A stretch of DNA of 63,674 nucleotides, filler included, from Octopus bimaculoides (GCF_001194135.2; 5 parts of 5 records of this genome joined end to end with filler, not necessarily neighbours in it); one strand, 5' to 3'; shown: positions 25,303-38,135, numbered from the whole stretch's first letter. Notes: generated by a model not told the origin, from the letters alone. Numbers and translations: made by a program.

Positions 25303-26655
25303 ACGCGCGCGTGTGTATGTGTTCATAAGGTGAATGTGCACATATATCGACAGTTTGAATTTTAATTAATTAATCAATTAATGGGAGTAATAAAAATGGA
25401 AACTAAACTCACGTGTATACGCTTTCAGTAAATTCAAATATAAAGCTTGCTGTGAAAGATTAATAGTCATTGTTAAACTACATGTTTCCTTCTCGAGGGA
25501 TAGACCTCCCATATCCAACAGTAAAAGATCAATTTGAATTGTTTTAGCATTTATTAACGTCTGTTCAGAGATTACTAGTTACTCTTTTCCTCATACAGGG
25601 CAGTGACAAAGATCTATATTTAGTATATGTAAACAAGCAGAACTAAATTGGCTTGTCCAATTTGCATAACAGTGTATGTATTGGCAATAGGAATTAATTA
25701 AATAATTAATTAACAGTAGCCGTATTCAGCTTTGGGAAAATTAGAAATATAATTGCAAGCAGGCTATCATTTGTTTGTCCTAATCGTGCATTTAATCAAC
25801 ACTAGCTCTGTTATGTAAATTAATATAATTTCATCTGTAAGTTAATGATGTTTCTGTGAAAAGAAGTGAGAGAATGATTTATGACGATATTTAACAAAAG
25901 CTGAGACTAATGAGATCATAGATATTCGATTTTACTGAACGAAGCTTGCAGCTTAACAATAAGTTCTATTTTCATTAAAAGCTCAAACCCATAAGGTTGG
26001 CTTGAAATTTCTTTTTCTCACCGTTTCTCTATATAGATTTGCTCATGCAAGCAGAAACAAACAGAATTTGAAATATATGTATCTATATATTTTATCAATA
26101 ATCAATAGAAGTTACTGAGTGACTCAAAGTCCGAGATTTGTGCGTTGGCGCTTATCGAACTGGTACGTGATACATACATATATATCTATATAAATAAATA
26201 AATAAATAAATAAATAAATAGATAAATAATATATANNNNNNNNNNNNNNNNNNNNNNNNNNNNNNNNNNNNNNNNNNNNNNNNNNNNNNNNNNNNNNNNN
26301 NNNNNNNNNTATACATATATATATATATATAAGAGACCGAAGTGTGCGTAGGCCGCAATATGTTTTATGTGATGTCTCAAGCTACTGCTATCTAGAACCT
26401 TCGGATGATCTCTACTCAACCGCTACACGACGGCTACTCAACAGTCACTCAACTCCTCTACCACGGCTAGACTACCTCTATTTATATGTCTTGGGCGATC
26501 CTACTTCTTCGCTTGGGGGCGTCGACACAACATATATAAAAAGTACAAAATGGGACAAGAACGCAAAACAATCCAGATAGACGATACAAAGAAAACAAGG
26601 ACTGGTCATTAGGAGTTTTCTTTCCTCAATGCAAGAGTTAAGGAATGGAGTAGAT

Positions 26656-26758
26656 AAGACCCGGGCTACATATGTTTCATAGCGAGTGGAACCTCGGAAG
26701 TGGTAAATATCCAAGCGAGATGTATACCGCAGGCTACTCGTCAGGCCAAGGATATCTT
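26656..26758 (-). ncRNA. Predicted type I hammerhead ribozyme
   Basis: GGC-CTGACGA-GTAGC..49 nt..GCTAT-GAAA-CATATGT-A-GCC. Core CUGACGA at 26744-26738, helix II GUAGC/GCUAU, GAAA at 26678-26675, palindromic helix III ACAUAUGU, GUA site cleaving between 26667 and 26666, helix I GGC/GCC extended by UCC/GGG and AAGA/UCUU. Confidence 0.7.
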
Positions 26759-26844
26759 GATTAAATGAAAGTTTACATTGTCAATCGGAATCTACCATAT
26801 GTTAACATGTACCGCCTTGTGACAATATAAACTTTCATTTAATC

Positions 26845-26950
26845 AAGATACCCTTGGCATGAAGAGTAACCTGCAGTATACACCTCGCTTGGATATTTAC
26901 CACTTCTGAGGTTCCCCTCTCTATGAAACATATGTAGTCCGGATCTACTC
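26845..26950 (+). ncRNA. Core-mutated hammerhead copy (probably inactive)
   Basis: GGC-ATGAAGA-GTAAC...CTAT-GAAACATATGTA-GTCC: C3 is replaced by A and helix II is weakened. Confidence 0.5.
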
Positions 26951-27164
26951 CATTCTTTAACTCTTGTATTCTTATTCGCATATCCAGTAACCTTGATTGC
27001 CTACCGTGAAATATAAAAGAATATTTTTTCACTTTATAGTACTTCGGTAAGAAAAAATACACAACATTCCGTCTCAAAAACAACCATTGTCTCTGAAAGT
27101 TGATTTTTATATTTACTACGGTTTACTTCAAGGTAACTTTCTTCCTACACCTCGATCCTTGGGT

Positions 27165-27200
<36 letters not shown>

Positions 27201-28818
27201 NNNNNNNNNNNNNNNNNNNNNNNNNNNNNNNNNNNNNNNNNNNNNNNNNNNNNNNNNNNNNNNNNNNNNNNNNNNNNNNNNNNNNNNNNNNNNNNNNNNN
27301 NNNNNNNNNNNNNNNNNNNNNNNNNNNNNNNNNNNNNNNNNNNNNNNNNNNNNNNNNNNNNNNNNNNNNNNNNNNNNNNNNNNNNNNNNNNNNNNNNNNN
27401 NNNNNNNNNNNNNNNNNNNNTATATATATATATATATATATATGTGCGTGTGTGTGTGAGTGTGTGTGTGTGTGTGTATGTGTGTGTGTATGAATGTATG
27501 TATGTATGTATGTATGTATGTATGTCTTTGTATGTATAATACCTTAATTCTTTAATTAACAAAAAATCACAAAAGTGACAAAGGGGTCGACTGTTTCGTG
27601 CATGATTCCTATTAAACTTTGTAACTTTTTGCCGATTAAAGAAATATTTATACTAATGTATTGAGTTCTATTCCACCACTTTGTGGCAACAAACATGTAG
27701 ACATGTACACGCACACACACACATACACACACTGATATAAACACTTGCATGCACAACAGTTTCTGCATGCGTATGCGCATATGAGCGTGCATGTGTCCAC
27801 GCGCCTGCAAGCACACTAGCGTTAAATGACCATTTAAAAACTTGAAATGTGCCGAAGAACCAATCTCTACGTAGCTCATTCCATCCAAGCGCTTTCACCC
27901 GCTCTATCCTCCCTTTTTTCGTTCTCTCTTACTTTTCCTTTTATAATTACATACACATCAGACTCATGTGCAGAAACACACACGTATATATACGCGCGCT
28001 TTCAAGCACTCCCTCTCCGTGTATCTCCCTGATTTTTTTTTTCTCAAACTTCTCTTTACTGTCAATGCGTATTCATTGTCTTTGTTCTTTTTCTACACCT
28101 TTTACGTTTATATTTTTTATTCAATCTCTGTATTTCAATATTGGCGGTAGTTGAGTGAGAGGGGTTTCTTATAGATATATATTGTTACCTTTTGTCGTTT
28201 TTTTTTTGTAGTTGTTGTTATTGCTGTTCCTATTGTTGTTGCTGATGGTTTGTAGTTATTCTGGCTTTTAATGTTTCCTCATCATTCTTTTTGAATGTTG
28301 TTGTTGTTCTTGTTTTTAGGTGTGTGTCTACATCAGTGGCCGAATTTTTTTTATAAGCAAATGAAATCATATCGACATCACACCCCGGGTACGGTAGGAG
28401 CGGAAAGAATAGAAAAAGGAATATATATGAGTCTATTTGGAGGGGCGTGTACATAATCACATAGTCACATGTGTGTGCGTGTATGTGTATGTATGTGTGT
28501 GTGTACGTGTGCGTGTGTGAGTGTATATGTACATGCATATGTATGTATGTACGTATGTTTTTATCTCTCTCTCTCTCTATGTATGTATATATATATATAT
28601 ATATATATATNNNNNNNNNNNNNNNNNNNNNNNNNNNNNNNNNNNNNNNNNNNNNNNNNNNNNNNNNNNNNNNNNNNNNNNNNNNNNNNNNNNNNNNNNN
28701 NNNNNNNNNNNNNNNNNNNNNNNNNNNNNNNNNNNNNNNNNNNNNNNNNNNNNNNNNNNNNNNNNNNNNNNNNNNNNNNNNNNNNNNNNNNNNNNNNNNN
28801 NNNNNNNNNNNNNNNNNN

Positions 28819-28857
<39 letters not shown>

Positions 28858-28864
28858 GATATAT

Positions 28865-28919
<55 letters not shown>

Positions 28920-29389
28920 CACACACATATATGTGTGTGTGTGTGAACATACGTACATTTGCACAAAAAATACGTATATACGCACATATACAAACACAGG
29001 CATATACATATATAACATATTCTTACATACATAGATACGTATATACATTCATACATGCATACATACATTTAAACATACATAGGCGCACACGCATGTCCAT
29101 TTGACAATTGGTCTGGAAATTCATCAGAAATGAATTGTTGAATGGGAAAGTGCAACCATGGAAGAAATTAATTTCTAACAATATAATATAGCAGTATTGA
29201 AAACACTCTCATCATAGCGACCAAGCTCCTACCACATTCCCGCCACATCACACGCTATATCATACACTTCAGCACACTACACTAAGCTTGACCCCTCCTC
29301 CCTGGCCTCTTAGAAAGAGAAAACAGAGATTGATGTACACGTCATTCTCTATTTTCTCTTTCTCCTTTTTTTCATTCTCCCTCTCACAA

Positions 29390-29424
<35 letters not shown>

Positions 29425-31647
29425 TTTCTTGTCGATATGTTTTTTTAATCTTTTTTATATATCTCCATCTTTCGTCCTTCCTTCTTCTCGCCTCATTTCT
29501 CTCCTTCCTCTCTCCCTGTTCTCTTTCTGCCCGCTTCGTTCTGTTATTCCTTTTTATGTCGGGTGATAGCACGCGCGAACGTTCGTGTCTGCGCTTATGT
29601 GTGTGAAAGTTATTTTCTATGCATTTGTGTGTTGTGTGTGTGTGTGCGCGCGCGCGTGTGCGTGCGTGCGTGCGCGCGTATGTATGAGCATGTATATATA
29701 TACACAGGTCAATATATTCTTGTCCATCTGTGTCTGTGTGTTTGACAGTCTGTTAGTCTTGTTTTGGTTTTCCGCGTTTGGTAGTGCATGTGTGTTAACT
29801 ATATCAGCACTATAAGAAATGGAAATATCTTTTAAAGCGATATATTGTTTCACAAGTGCTTTTATCTTATACAAAAATTATCTATATCCTACAGTTTAAA
29901 ATTTTGAAACACTTATAGTTATACATAAACTGTTGTTATTGTCAGCAGTAGGTGAGTAAACCCATTTAAAAAATATTACAGTCGTAATCATCCCGTTCAT
30001 CTTTTGAGCATTGCTTTTAAACGACTGCATTATCCAATATGTACACTCACTTCATTTTGTAGACAGTAAATGAAATAAGATTCACGCAGATTTTTGTCGC
30101 CATCTCCCTCATTAGTTTGAAGGCCAGCGTTCGCCTACATTTGGTACACTATTAATATCCACCTTGGCACAATGCGGTGCATTTGTAGTTTCTTTATGGC
30201 TTAGTCATAAGAGGAAGGGGAGTGCCCACCATCCTTTTCAGGGTTTCGATTGAATCATCCCATTAACAGTTTGGTTCTTATATTTAGCGATCTTGGTGCG
30301 ATGAAAGACAAATCCGAAACTGGTCGGATCTGAAAGCATTTAAATTCACAGAACCTAGCCAGTTATAGACATATGTATATATTTATGTCCATACGGACAC
30401 TTACATAAATGCACATACACATACACACGCACACACCAACACACACAAATACACACACACGTATAAGCAAAAAAAAAAAGCTAGTTCTAAAATCTAAGAA
30501 TTGAACGCAGTACTAACAAGTAATCTTCGTAGCCACTTCAACATGGCTGTTCCGTTCGATATACATATATATATCGTTTCCTTTTGGCATAGCGATACTA
30601 ATAACCTGGTGTTAGGACTCAGTATGCACATGCTTCAGAATAAAGCATTAGTTGGTATAGAGCGTAATATGAAGTTAAATATGAAGTTGTTTCGTAAGCT
30701 ATAAGGTGGTGCACTAGCAATCAGCTCTAAGCAAACAGCATCTAATTACACAGTTCTAAGTACACAGCAGAAGCAACTGTAAACTAATGAAGTTCATTGT
30801 ATAATTTCCAGTTCCTTTGTCATTTATTTAATTTCATATCTTCACACGCGTATGTCTATATCTAGGTTTATTTTAAGAAGGATTTGGTTGCTATTTCTAG
30901 GCAGACGGAGCAATCACCTACAAGCTTCCACAAAGCATAGCTAAGTGGTTAAGAAGTTTGCTTCCTAAAGAAGTCGTTCGTTGTGAAACCGAGCATATTT
31001 CCCTGTTATATGAGCAAGTGTTTCTATCAAACCCTCAGTAACGCGTTGTTGAGTCGTGTCAAATACTTTAATTAGACGATATATAAATATCAGTAAAATA
31101 AATACAAAATAACGTAGCACATTCGTTTTATTCGATCATGCAAGTCGGCATGACTGACTAAAAATAATGAAGGTGATGCTTCAATATGCCCCGAGATCAT
31201 CGATTAAACCCAGTTCAAGAATAAAAGAATGTGCTGGTTAATTAGTTTTTAAAATTAACATTAAGGTGTAAAGTGGGACAAAGCAGGCATATAGCTGTTA
31301 TACGTAGTGCTCCTCGTACCTGAAAGCTTTTGGTGATATCACAAACTCATTGACGCTACAGCGTTAATTTGTCGCTGTCTTGATACCCAAATTTGCTAGT
31401 CCTGTGGCCTGAGTGATATAAAATATCTTAGACAAAGAAACACGAGTCTTCTGGATAAGAACTCATCCGAAGTCTTTATGATCGACAGCCCAGTTGAATA
31501 AACAGTAGGTCACGCACCTTCTCTAAAATGATGCGTAGCTAAGTGGGTTAGGCAACTTGGTAAATTAACATACGTATTTCCTAATTGTTATTTATAAATG
31601 TCTGTGTTCTGTTCTTCTAAATAGGCAATAATATTTTCTTCAACAGG

Positions 31648-31855
31648 AAGGCTGCGAGCTGGCAGATTCGTTGAGACGACGGGCAAAATACTTAGCGGCA
31701 TTTCGTCTGTCTTTAGTTTCTGAGTTCAAATTCTGTCCAGGTCGGCTTTGCCTTTCGAGGCCGGTAAAATAAGTACGTTGAACACTCGGGTGGATGTGAT
31801 CGACTTAGACCCTTCCCCGAAATTGTTGACCTTGTGCCAAAATTTGAAACCAATA
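31648..31855 (+). mobile_element. Family-A SINE with the variant tail
   Basis: AAGGCTGCGAGCTGGCAGA...TCTGAGTTCAAATTC...CTTGTGCCAAAATTTGAAACC. Confidence 0.85.
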
Positions 31856-32131
31856 TTTTTTCTTCAAGATGTCCAAAGTTAAATATATATGAACGATACT
31901 TAAAACTATTTAGATCACGAAGTACTCGACAGGAATTTATTTTATCAACCCAGAAAAGACGAAAGAGAAGTCAATCTCAGCTGGATTAGAACTCAAATTA
32001 AATTCACGCAATTAACAGTAGCATGTTACTTTGTCTTAAACGGAAATGACTATGCAAAATCACAACTTTAGGTACTGGTTTAACAGATGAGAATAGAAAG
32101 AAATCAGTCGTGTATACACACACACACACAA

Positions 32132-32187
<56 letters not shown>

Positions 32188-32309
32188 GTGTGTGTGTGTG
32201 TGTGTGTATAAATATATATACAATCAATTCGAGGAAGTTATAGCCTCATTAGGGATTATATAATCCAAGATATTTCATTGGCTAATCTCTATAATAGAAT
32301 GCGAAAGTC

Positions 32310-32583
32310 ACTGGAACACTTTCGGTTTCATGCCTATTAATACTGGGGCAACAGGATATGTACAAACTCATTAGGAGGAAAGTATAACTTAACTAGAATT
32401 CTTGCGAAGAGAATGAAACTCCTTAGTTCACACAAAAGAACACGATATCTTGGATAATAAATATCCGCAAGACTTTCTTAACATTTAAAAGATGATGAAC
32501 AAAACAAGATGCCTTCTTTCAGAATCTTGCTACTAAGTGAGTGGCCGGTCAAAATTAACTCCAAATTAAAAAGAAAAACAGAA
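32310..32583 (+). mobile_element. Highly decayed R4/Dong-like (RLE) non-LTR 3' end, copy 1
   Basis: FMPINTGATGYV and IRKTFLTFK (different frames) align with the two downstream copies; followed by (CATA)n at 32584-32648. Confidence 0.55.
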
Positions 32584-32650
32584 CATACATACATACATAC
32601 ATACATACATACATACATACATACATACATACATACATACATACATACAC

Positions 32651-33205
32651 ACACGATAGAACTGATATAATGATTTGGGAATGAGAAGACTAACTGTTAT
32701 GGAAATCAGCTGCCCAGTGAATGTTAACATAAAACTGAAGATCAGAGAAAAAGAGAATACCTACGCTGAACTATGTTAAGAAAGTCTTGTGGATATTTAT
32801 TATCCAGATTATAAGTTCAAGTTTATACCTGTAATTATTGGGACACTGAGATATGTAATACGCTGCCTAAATACCAATGTTAAGAAATTAGGCATCTCAA
32901 AACCAGAAAGGATAAAGCTGATTCGAAAACTACAGATCCAAGCCATTGCTGGAACGGTAAAAATTTGTAAAACTTTCTAGAAGTTTATCATTTAAGTATA
33001 TATGAGCTTGTCTAGATATGCAGTTGTATGCACGAGAAGATATACATAAAACAAAACTTACAAATCTGTACGTATACATACATACATACATAAAAAAATT
33101 CTATTATTCATGTTGAAATTCTAATGGAGGAGTTTTGGATCTAGGTTAGAAACCGGCTCTTTTTCTCTATTAGCAAGAAATCTTGAAATAGGACTGAATA
33201 ATGAC
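32651..33205 (+). mobile_element. R4/Dong-like non-LTR 3' end with a restriction-like endonuclease remnant, copy 2
   Basis: HDRTDIMIWE (HNRPDI-like), MEISCPVNVNIKLKIREKENTY and FIPVIIGTL...GTVKICKTF; (CATA)n tail. Confidence 0.8.
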
Positions 33206-33267
33206 ATACATACGCACATACATACATACATACATACAAATATCTCTTTGAAAATATATATTTAAAA

Positions 33268-33612
33268 AAAGAGGATATCTATGGACAACTGCTTCGAAAC
33301 CTCTAGCTTCTGTATCCAGACTATGAACTCATATTCATACCAATAATAATTGGACCACTAGGTTTTGTTAGTAAATGCTTAAAGAAGAATCTAGACAAAC
33401 TGGGATTTTCAGAAAGAGAAATTGACCGGCTAATTCTTACATTACAAGTGCAATCTGTGAGTGGAACAGTAAAAATATGCAAGAGTTTTCTCAAGTTCCA
33501 AATGAAAATTTGTCTGTGTTAACTACATCCCAAAGATGGAACCTTGTATCTTTGTTGGAAACCGGCTCCCACCTCAGTGGAAGATTTATGATAATTAAAA
33601 AAATAGAAGACA
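33268..33612 (+). mobile_element. R4/Dong-like non-LTR 3' end, copy 3
   Basis: LYPDYELIFIPIIIGPLGFVSKCLKKNLDKLG...SGTVKICKSFLKF; shares the 3'UTR motif GAAACCGGCTC with copy 2; (CATA)n tail. Confidence 0.8.
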
Positions 33613-33646
33613 TATGTACATACATACATACATGCGTATATATATG

Positions 33647-33678
<32 letters not shown>

Positions 33679-34647
33679 TGCGTACATACATACATGCATA
33701 CATACACATAGTATTGTTAAAACGTTAGTGTATTGTAAGGCGAAGAACTATCTACATTCTTAAGTGCTTTTTTATTTTTCGTAGACAATAAAAAATTAAA
33801 TATAAGCAGATGGTATATACACACTATCATCACGTATATATTATATTCCATCTTAAGACACAAGATACACAGATAACCAAAATGGCTTCTGGCCATATTG
33901 TGTTATAACAAAAATATCTCTGCTTTGTTTTTCGTTCGTACATGTTTTTACATTGTTTGAATGCGAAATCCATTTACTAGCCACTCACTCCCCCCCCCAT
34001 TCTCTATTTCCCTGCCAGCTTCATTCTTTTTCACTCTTCTTTCTCTATTCTTGTCATTTTCAATATTATTTCTGAATCTCAGTTGTATTTTTGATTTTAC
34101 AGATACACACACACACACGTATATATTTGATGTAAATACATTATATGTACACACGCATGTATGTATATATATATATATATNNNNNNNNNNNNNNNNNNNN
34201 NNNNNNNNNNNNNNNNNNNNNNNNNNNNNNNNNNNNNNNNNNNNNNNNNNNNNNNNNNNNNNNNNNNNNNNNNNNNNNNNNNNNNNNNNNNNNNNNNNNN
34301 NNNNNNNNNNNNNNNNNNNNNNNNNNNNNNNNNNNNNNNNNNNNNNNNNNNNNNNNNNNNNNNNNNNNNNNNNNNNNNNNNNNNNNNNNNNNNNNNNNNN
34401 NNNNNNNNNNNNNNNNNNNNNNNNNNNNNNNNNNNNNNNNNNNNNNNNNNNNNNNNNNNNNNNNNNNNNNNNNNNNNNNNNNNNNNNNNNNNNNNNNNNN
34501 NNNNNNNNNNNNNNNNNNNNNNNNNNNNNNNNNNNNNNNNNNNNNNNNNNNNNNNNNNTCAATATTCTTTAATCATTCACACTGACAGAAAAAAAAGGCA
34601 ATCGCAATGCCACCAACAGAACTGTAGTAATTAGTAACGACAGCAAT

Positions 34648-34968
34648 AAAGGCGGCGAGCTGGCAGAAAGTACCAGTTATACACTGGGGTCAATGTAATC
34701 AACTTAATCCCTTTGTCTGTCCTTGTTTGTCCCCTCTATGCTTAGCCCCCTGTAGGCAGTAAAGAAATAAGAAACGTTAGTACGCCGGGCGAAATGCTTA
34801 GCGGTATTTCGTTTGTCTTCACGTTCTGAGTTCAAATTCCACCGAGGACGACTTTACCTTTCATCCTTTCGGAGTCGATAAATTAAGTACCAGTTGCGTA
34901 CTGGGATCTATCTAATCGACTGGCCCCTCCTCTAAAATTTCGGGACTTGTGCCTAGAGCAGAAAAGAA
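34648..34968 (+). mobile_element. Family-A SINE interrupted by a 100-bp SINE 3' fragment (34670-34769)
   Basis: The head GGCGGCGAGCTGGCAGAAA resumes as GAAACGTTAG after the insert; AGAAA is present at both 34665-34669 and 34770-34774. Confidence 0.85.
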
Positions 34969-35162
34969 TAACCACAGAATAACAACTGAATCTTCAGCAA
35001 GTGCACACATCTCTGTACTGCTGTCTGTACCAAAACTATTACTTTAATAACAGCATCTAATCTACAATTGTCAACAAAAAACATTATCACAAGACAACCA
35101 CCGCTACAGTAACTACTGTTTTCTTCATCAGCTTTACATCACATCTCCCTTAGACCACAGAA

Positions 35163-35232
<70 letters not shown>

Positions 35233-35233
<1 letters not shown>

Positions 35234-35773
35234 TTCATTTATTTGCCACAAGGGCGAATTTTGAGGGGGACAATACAAGGCACAGACATAAAGTGTGGGG
35301 TTTGACATATTATGAAAATGATTAAAAAAAAAGTGAAAGAAAGTAAGTATGCACGGTATACACTGAAAAAGAAGGGATATATACATAGCATACAATGGTT
35401 AGTGGCGGGGCGGATGACAGAGATGTGGCTCTCCTGATACGGGAAGGCCTTTAGGGATAATCGAGGAACCCCACTGTCCGTGATTTTCCTGAAACCCCAG
35501 GAACAAGTGCCATCTCCAATTCCTTCTCTCTGGCACACAGGTCTACATTTAGGGAGGTACCATCCACTCTTGCCATTTTCGCAACTTTCACCCACCTTTC
35601 AATGAACTCACTCGAGGACACCACTTCTCTCTATCCACCCTCAATTCATTTTTCAAGTAAAAATTAAGGAATGTCCTAATGTATCTGTCCTCATACCTTT
35701 CAGCCTTGTCCACCAGACAACCTCTTTCGGCACAGCCACCATGGAAAGGAAAACTGCCAGGCCAGCCCGATTG
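35233..35773 (-). mobile_element. L1/Tx1-like LINE 3' end between (TAA)n tracts
   Basis: Minus strand AVFLSMVAVPKEVVWWTRLKG and SSSEFIERWVKVAKMARV, a K..VW..R / F..RW pattern like Tx1 ORF2 C-termini; 3' tail GCCCTTGTGGCAAATAAATGAAA. Clade assignment is by resemblance only. Confidence 0.55.
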
Positions 35774-35816
35774 AATAATAATAATAATAATAATAATAAT
35801 AGTAATAATAGTAATA

Positions 35817-35876
<60 letters not shown>

Positions 35877-36113
35877 GTGAAGACGAAGAGCGCGATTCGA
35901 TTGTATAGATATTTTATTCGAACAATATTTCAACAGTACGTCTGTCTTTATCAATTTCAAAATAAGAGGTGATTAAAAATTCAAAATTACAGAAATTTAA
36001 ACGTTAAGTATGAACGAGAGCAACCAGCGTCCATACGTTGATGGAATGACATAATCGGTTTTTAAGTTTTATAACAGGCGGAAAGAAAGAAAATAATAAT
36101 AATAATAATAATA

Positions 36114-36172
<59 letters not shown>

Positions 36173-36191
36173 TAATAATAATAATAATAAA

Positions 36192-36744
36192 TTATGCCCG
36201 GATGCAGTACCAGGCAGTGGCTCTCATGGCTTCTGATCTTAATTGATTGGAAGTGTTATCATGTACATTGTTTTGTCATGGTATAAAAGATGGGCTACAG
36301 CAAATATTCTGCTTAATACCACAGATTTGCTTGTCAGTTGTCTGACCTTAATTAGTTGAGCATGTCTCTTAGTGACTAACGATGTGTGCATCTCTGATCA
36401 CGAGCAGAAATAGTGGGGGAGCATCATAGCCATGTATTGAGAGGAATTTTTGGGGATTTGAATAATTCACCTTTGGAAACATCGGTGTTTTGCTCAACAT
36501 CCTTAAACAAACCTTATTCAGGGACCTTTTGAGCGGGATAGGCTACTCGACATGAAGAAAATTCTAACTGGGCCCCACCTGCGAGGTCATTCGCTGTTTA
36601 TCTTGATATGAGATCACCATGTCGTGCACATATGGTTGTGATGCATGTGCCTGGTGTACCCTTATCAGACGGGTAGTCATGATGGGTATAATGGGCTTCA
36701 TATATTTTACCCCAGAGACACTTTGATGGCATGCATTTTGTTTT

Positions 36745-36746
<2 letters not shown>
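36192..36746 (+). mobile_element. ~550-bp (TAA)n-flanked element, copy 2
   Basis: Matches 23741-24289 along nearly its whole length. Confidence 0.8.
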
Positions 36747-36790
<44 letters not shown>

Positions 36791-36806
36791 TAATAATAAT
36801 AATAAT

Positions 36807-37030
36807 CCTTTATACTGGAAGCACAAGGTCACAAATTTGGGAAAAGGAATTAAGTCGCTTACATCGACCCCAGTGTGTAAATGGTACTTATTTAATCGAC
36901 CCCGAAAGGATGAAAAATAAAATCGACCTAGGCGGAATTTGAACTCAGGACGTAGCGACGGGCAAAATACCGCTAAGCATTTCGTCCAGCGCGCTAACGA
37001 TTCTACCAGCTTACCACCTTTTGCCGCCTT
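36807..37030 (-). mobile_element. Family-A SINE
   Basis: ATCGACCCCGAAAGGATGAAAAATAAAATCGACCTAGGCGGAATTTGAACTCAGGACGT. Confidence 0.85.
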
Positions 37031-37117
37031 ATAATAATGAAAACAGCAGCAGCAGCAGCAAAATACAACAACAACGACAGCAACAACAACAATAACAACA
37101 ACAACAACAACAACAAT

Positions 37118-37175
<58 letters not shown>

Positions 37176-38085
37176 CACCACACCAACAAACCACCCTCAC
37201 ATCCACAAGTAGCTTCATGACAATAACGCCCATCACAATAAGCCGCATCACAAATACCCCCAACACCCATCCTCTCATACCGCTACCATTTTCTGCAACA
37301 ATCGCCATTATCAAACAAATCACCAAAAAGCAAAGATCCTACCGCCACAAGTAGCTACACTACTTCCATATTTCTTTTCTTTTCCACCCACCCCCTACAC
37401 TTTTTAAATGTATTTTATGCGCTTTCCACAATTACCCATGACTCACAATTTCTCTGACAACTCCCTTTCCTTAAATCTTCCAAATAATATAATATAATAT
37501 AATATAATATAATATAATACAACATAGCCCGTTCCTTTCCCTCAACCTACATTAAACCCTTTACTGTCCACCATAAGCATCATCACCACCAACACCACCA
37601 ACACCAACACCAACACCTCCATAACCACTAGCATCGTTTACCCATCACACTCTAACCAACACCTACCGCATACAAACCCCTACCCTTATATATATNNNNN
37701 NNNNNNNNNNNNNNNNNNNNNNNNNNNNNNNNNNNNNNNNNNNNNNNNNNNNNNNNNNNNNNNNNNNNNNNNNNNNNNNNNNNNNNNNNNNNNNNNNNNN
37801 NNNNNNNNNNNNNNNNNNNNNNNNNNNNNNNNNNNNNNNNNNNNNNNNNNNNNNNNNNNNNNNNNNNNNNNNNNNNNNNNNNNNNNNNNNNNNNNNNNNN
37901 NNNNNNNNNNNNNNNNNNNNNNNNNNNNNNNNNNNNNNNNNNNNNNNNNNNNNNNNNNNNNNNNNNNNNNNNNNNNNNNNNNNNNNNNNNNNNNNNNNNN
38001 NNNNNNNNNNNNNNNNNNNNNNNNNNNNNNNNNNNNNNNNNNNNNNNNNNNNNNNNNNNNNNNNNNNNNNNNNNNNNNNNNNNNN

Positions 38086-38135
<50 letters not shown>

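Larger units (their letters stand above)
26628..26971. repeat. Long inverted repeat, arms ~26628-26783 and ~26820-26971, 36-nt spacer
   Basis: The arms are reverse complements with scattered substitutions, e.g. CTACATATGTTTCATAG, GAAGTGGTAAATATCCAAGCGAG and ATCTTGATTAAATGAAAGTTTA match in both. Confidence 0.92.
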
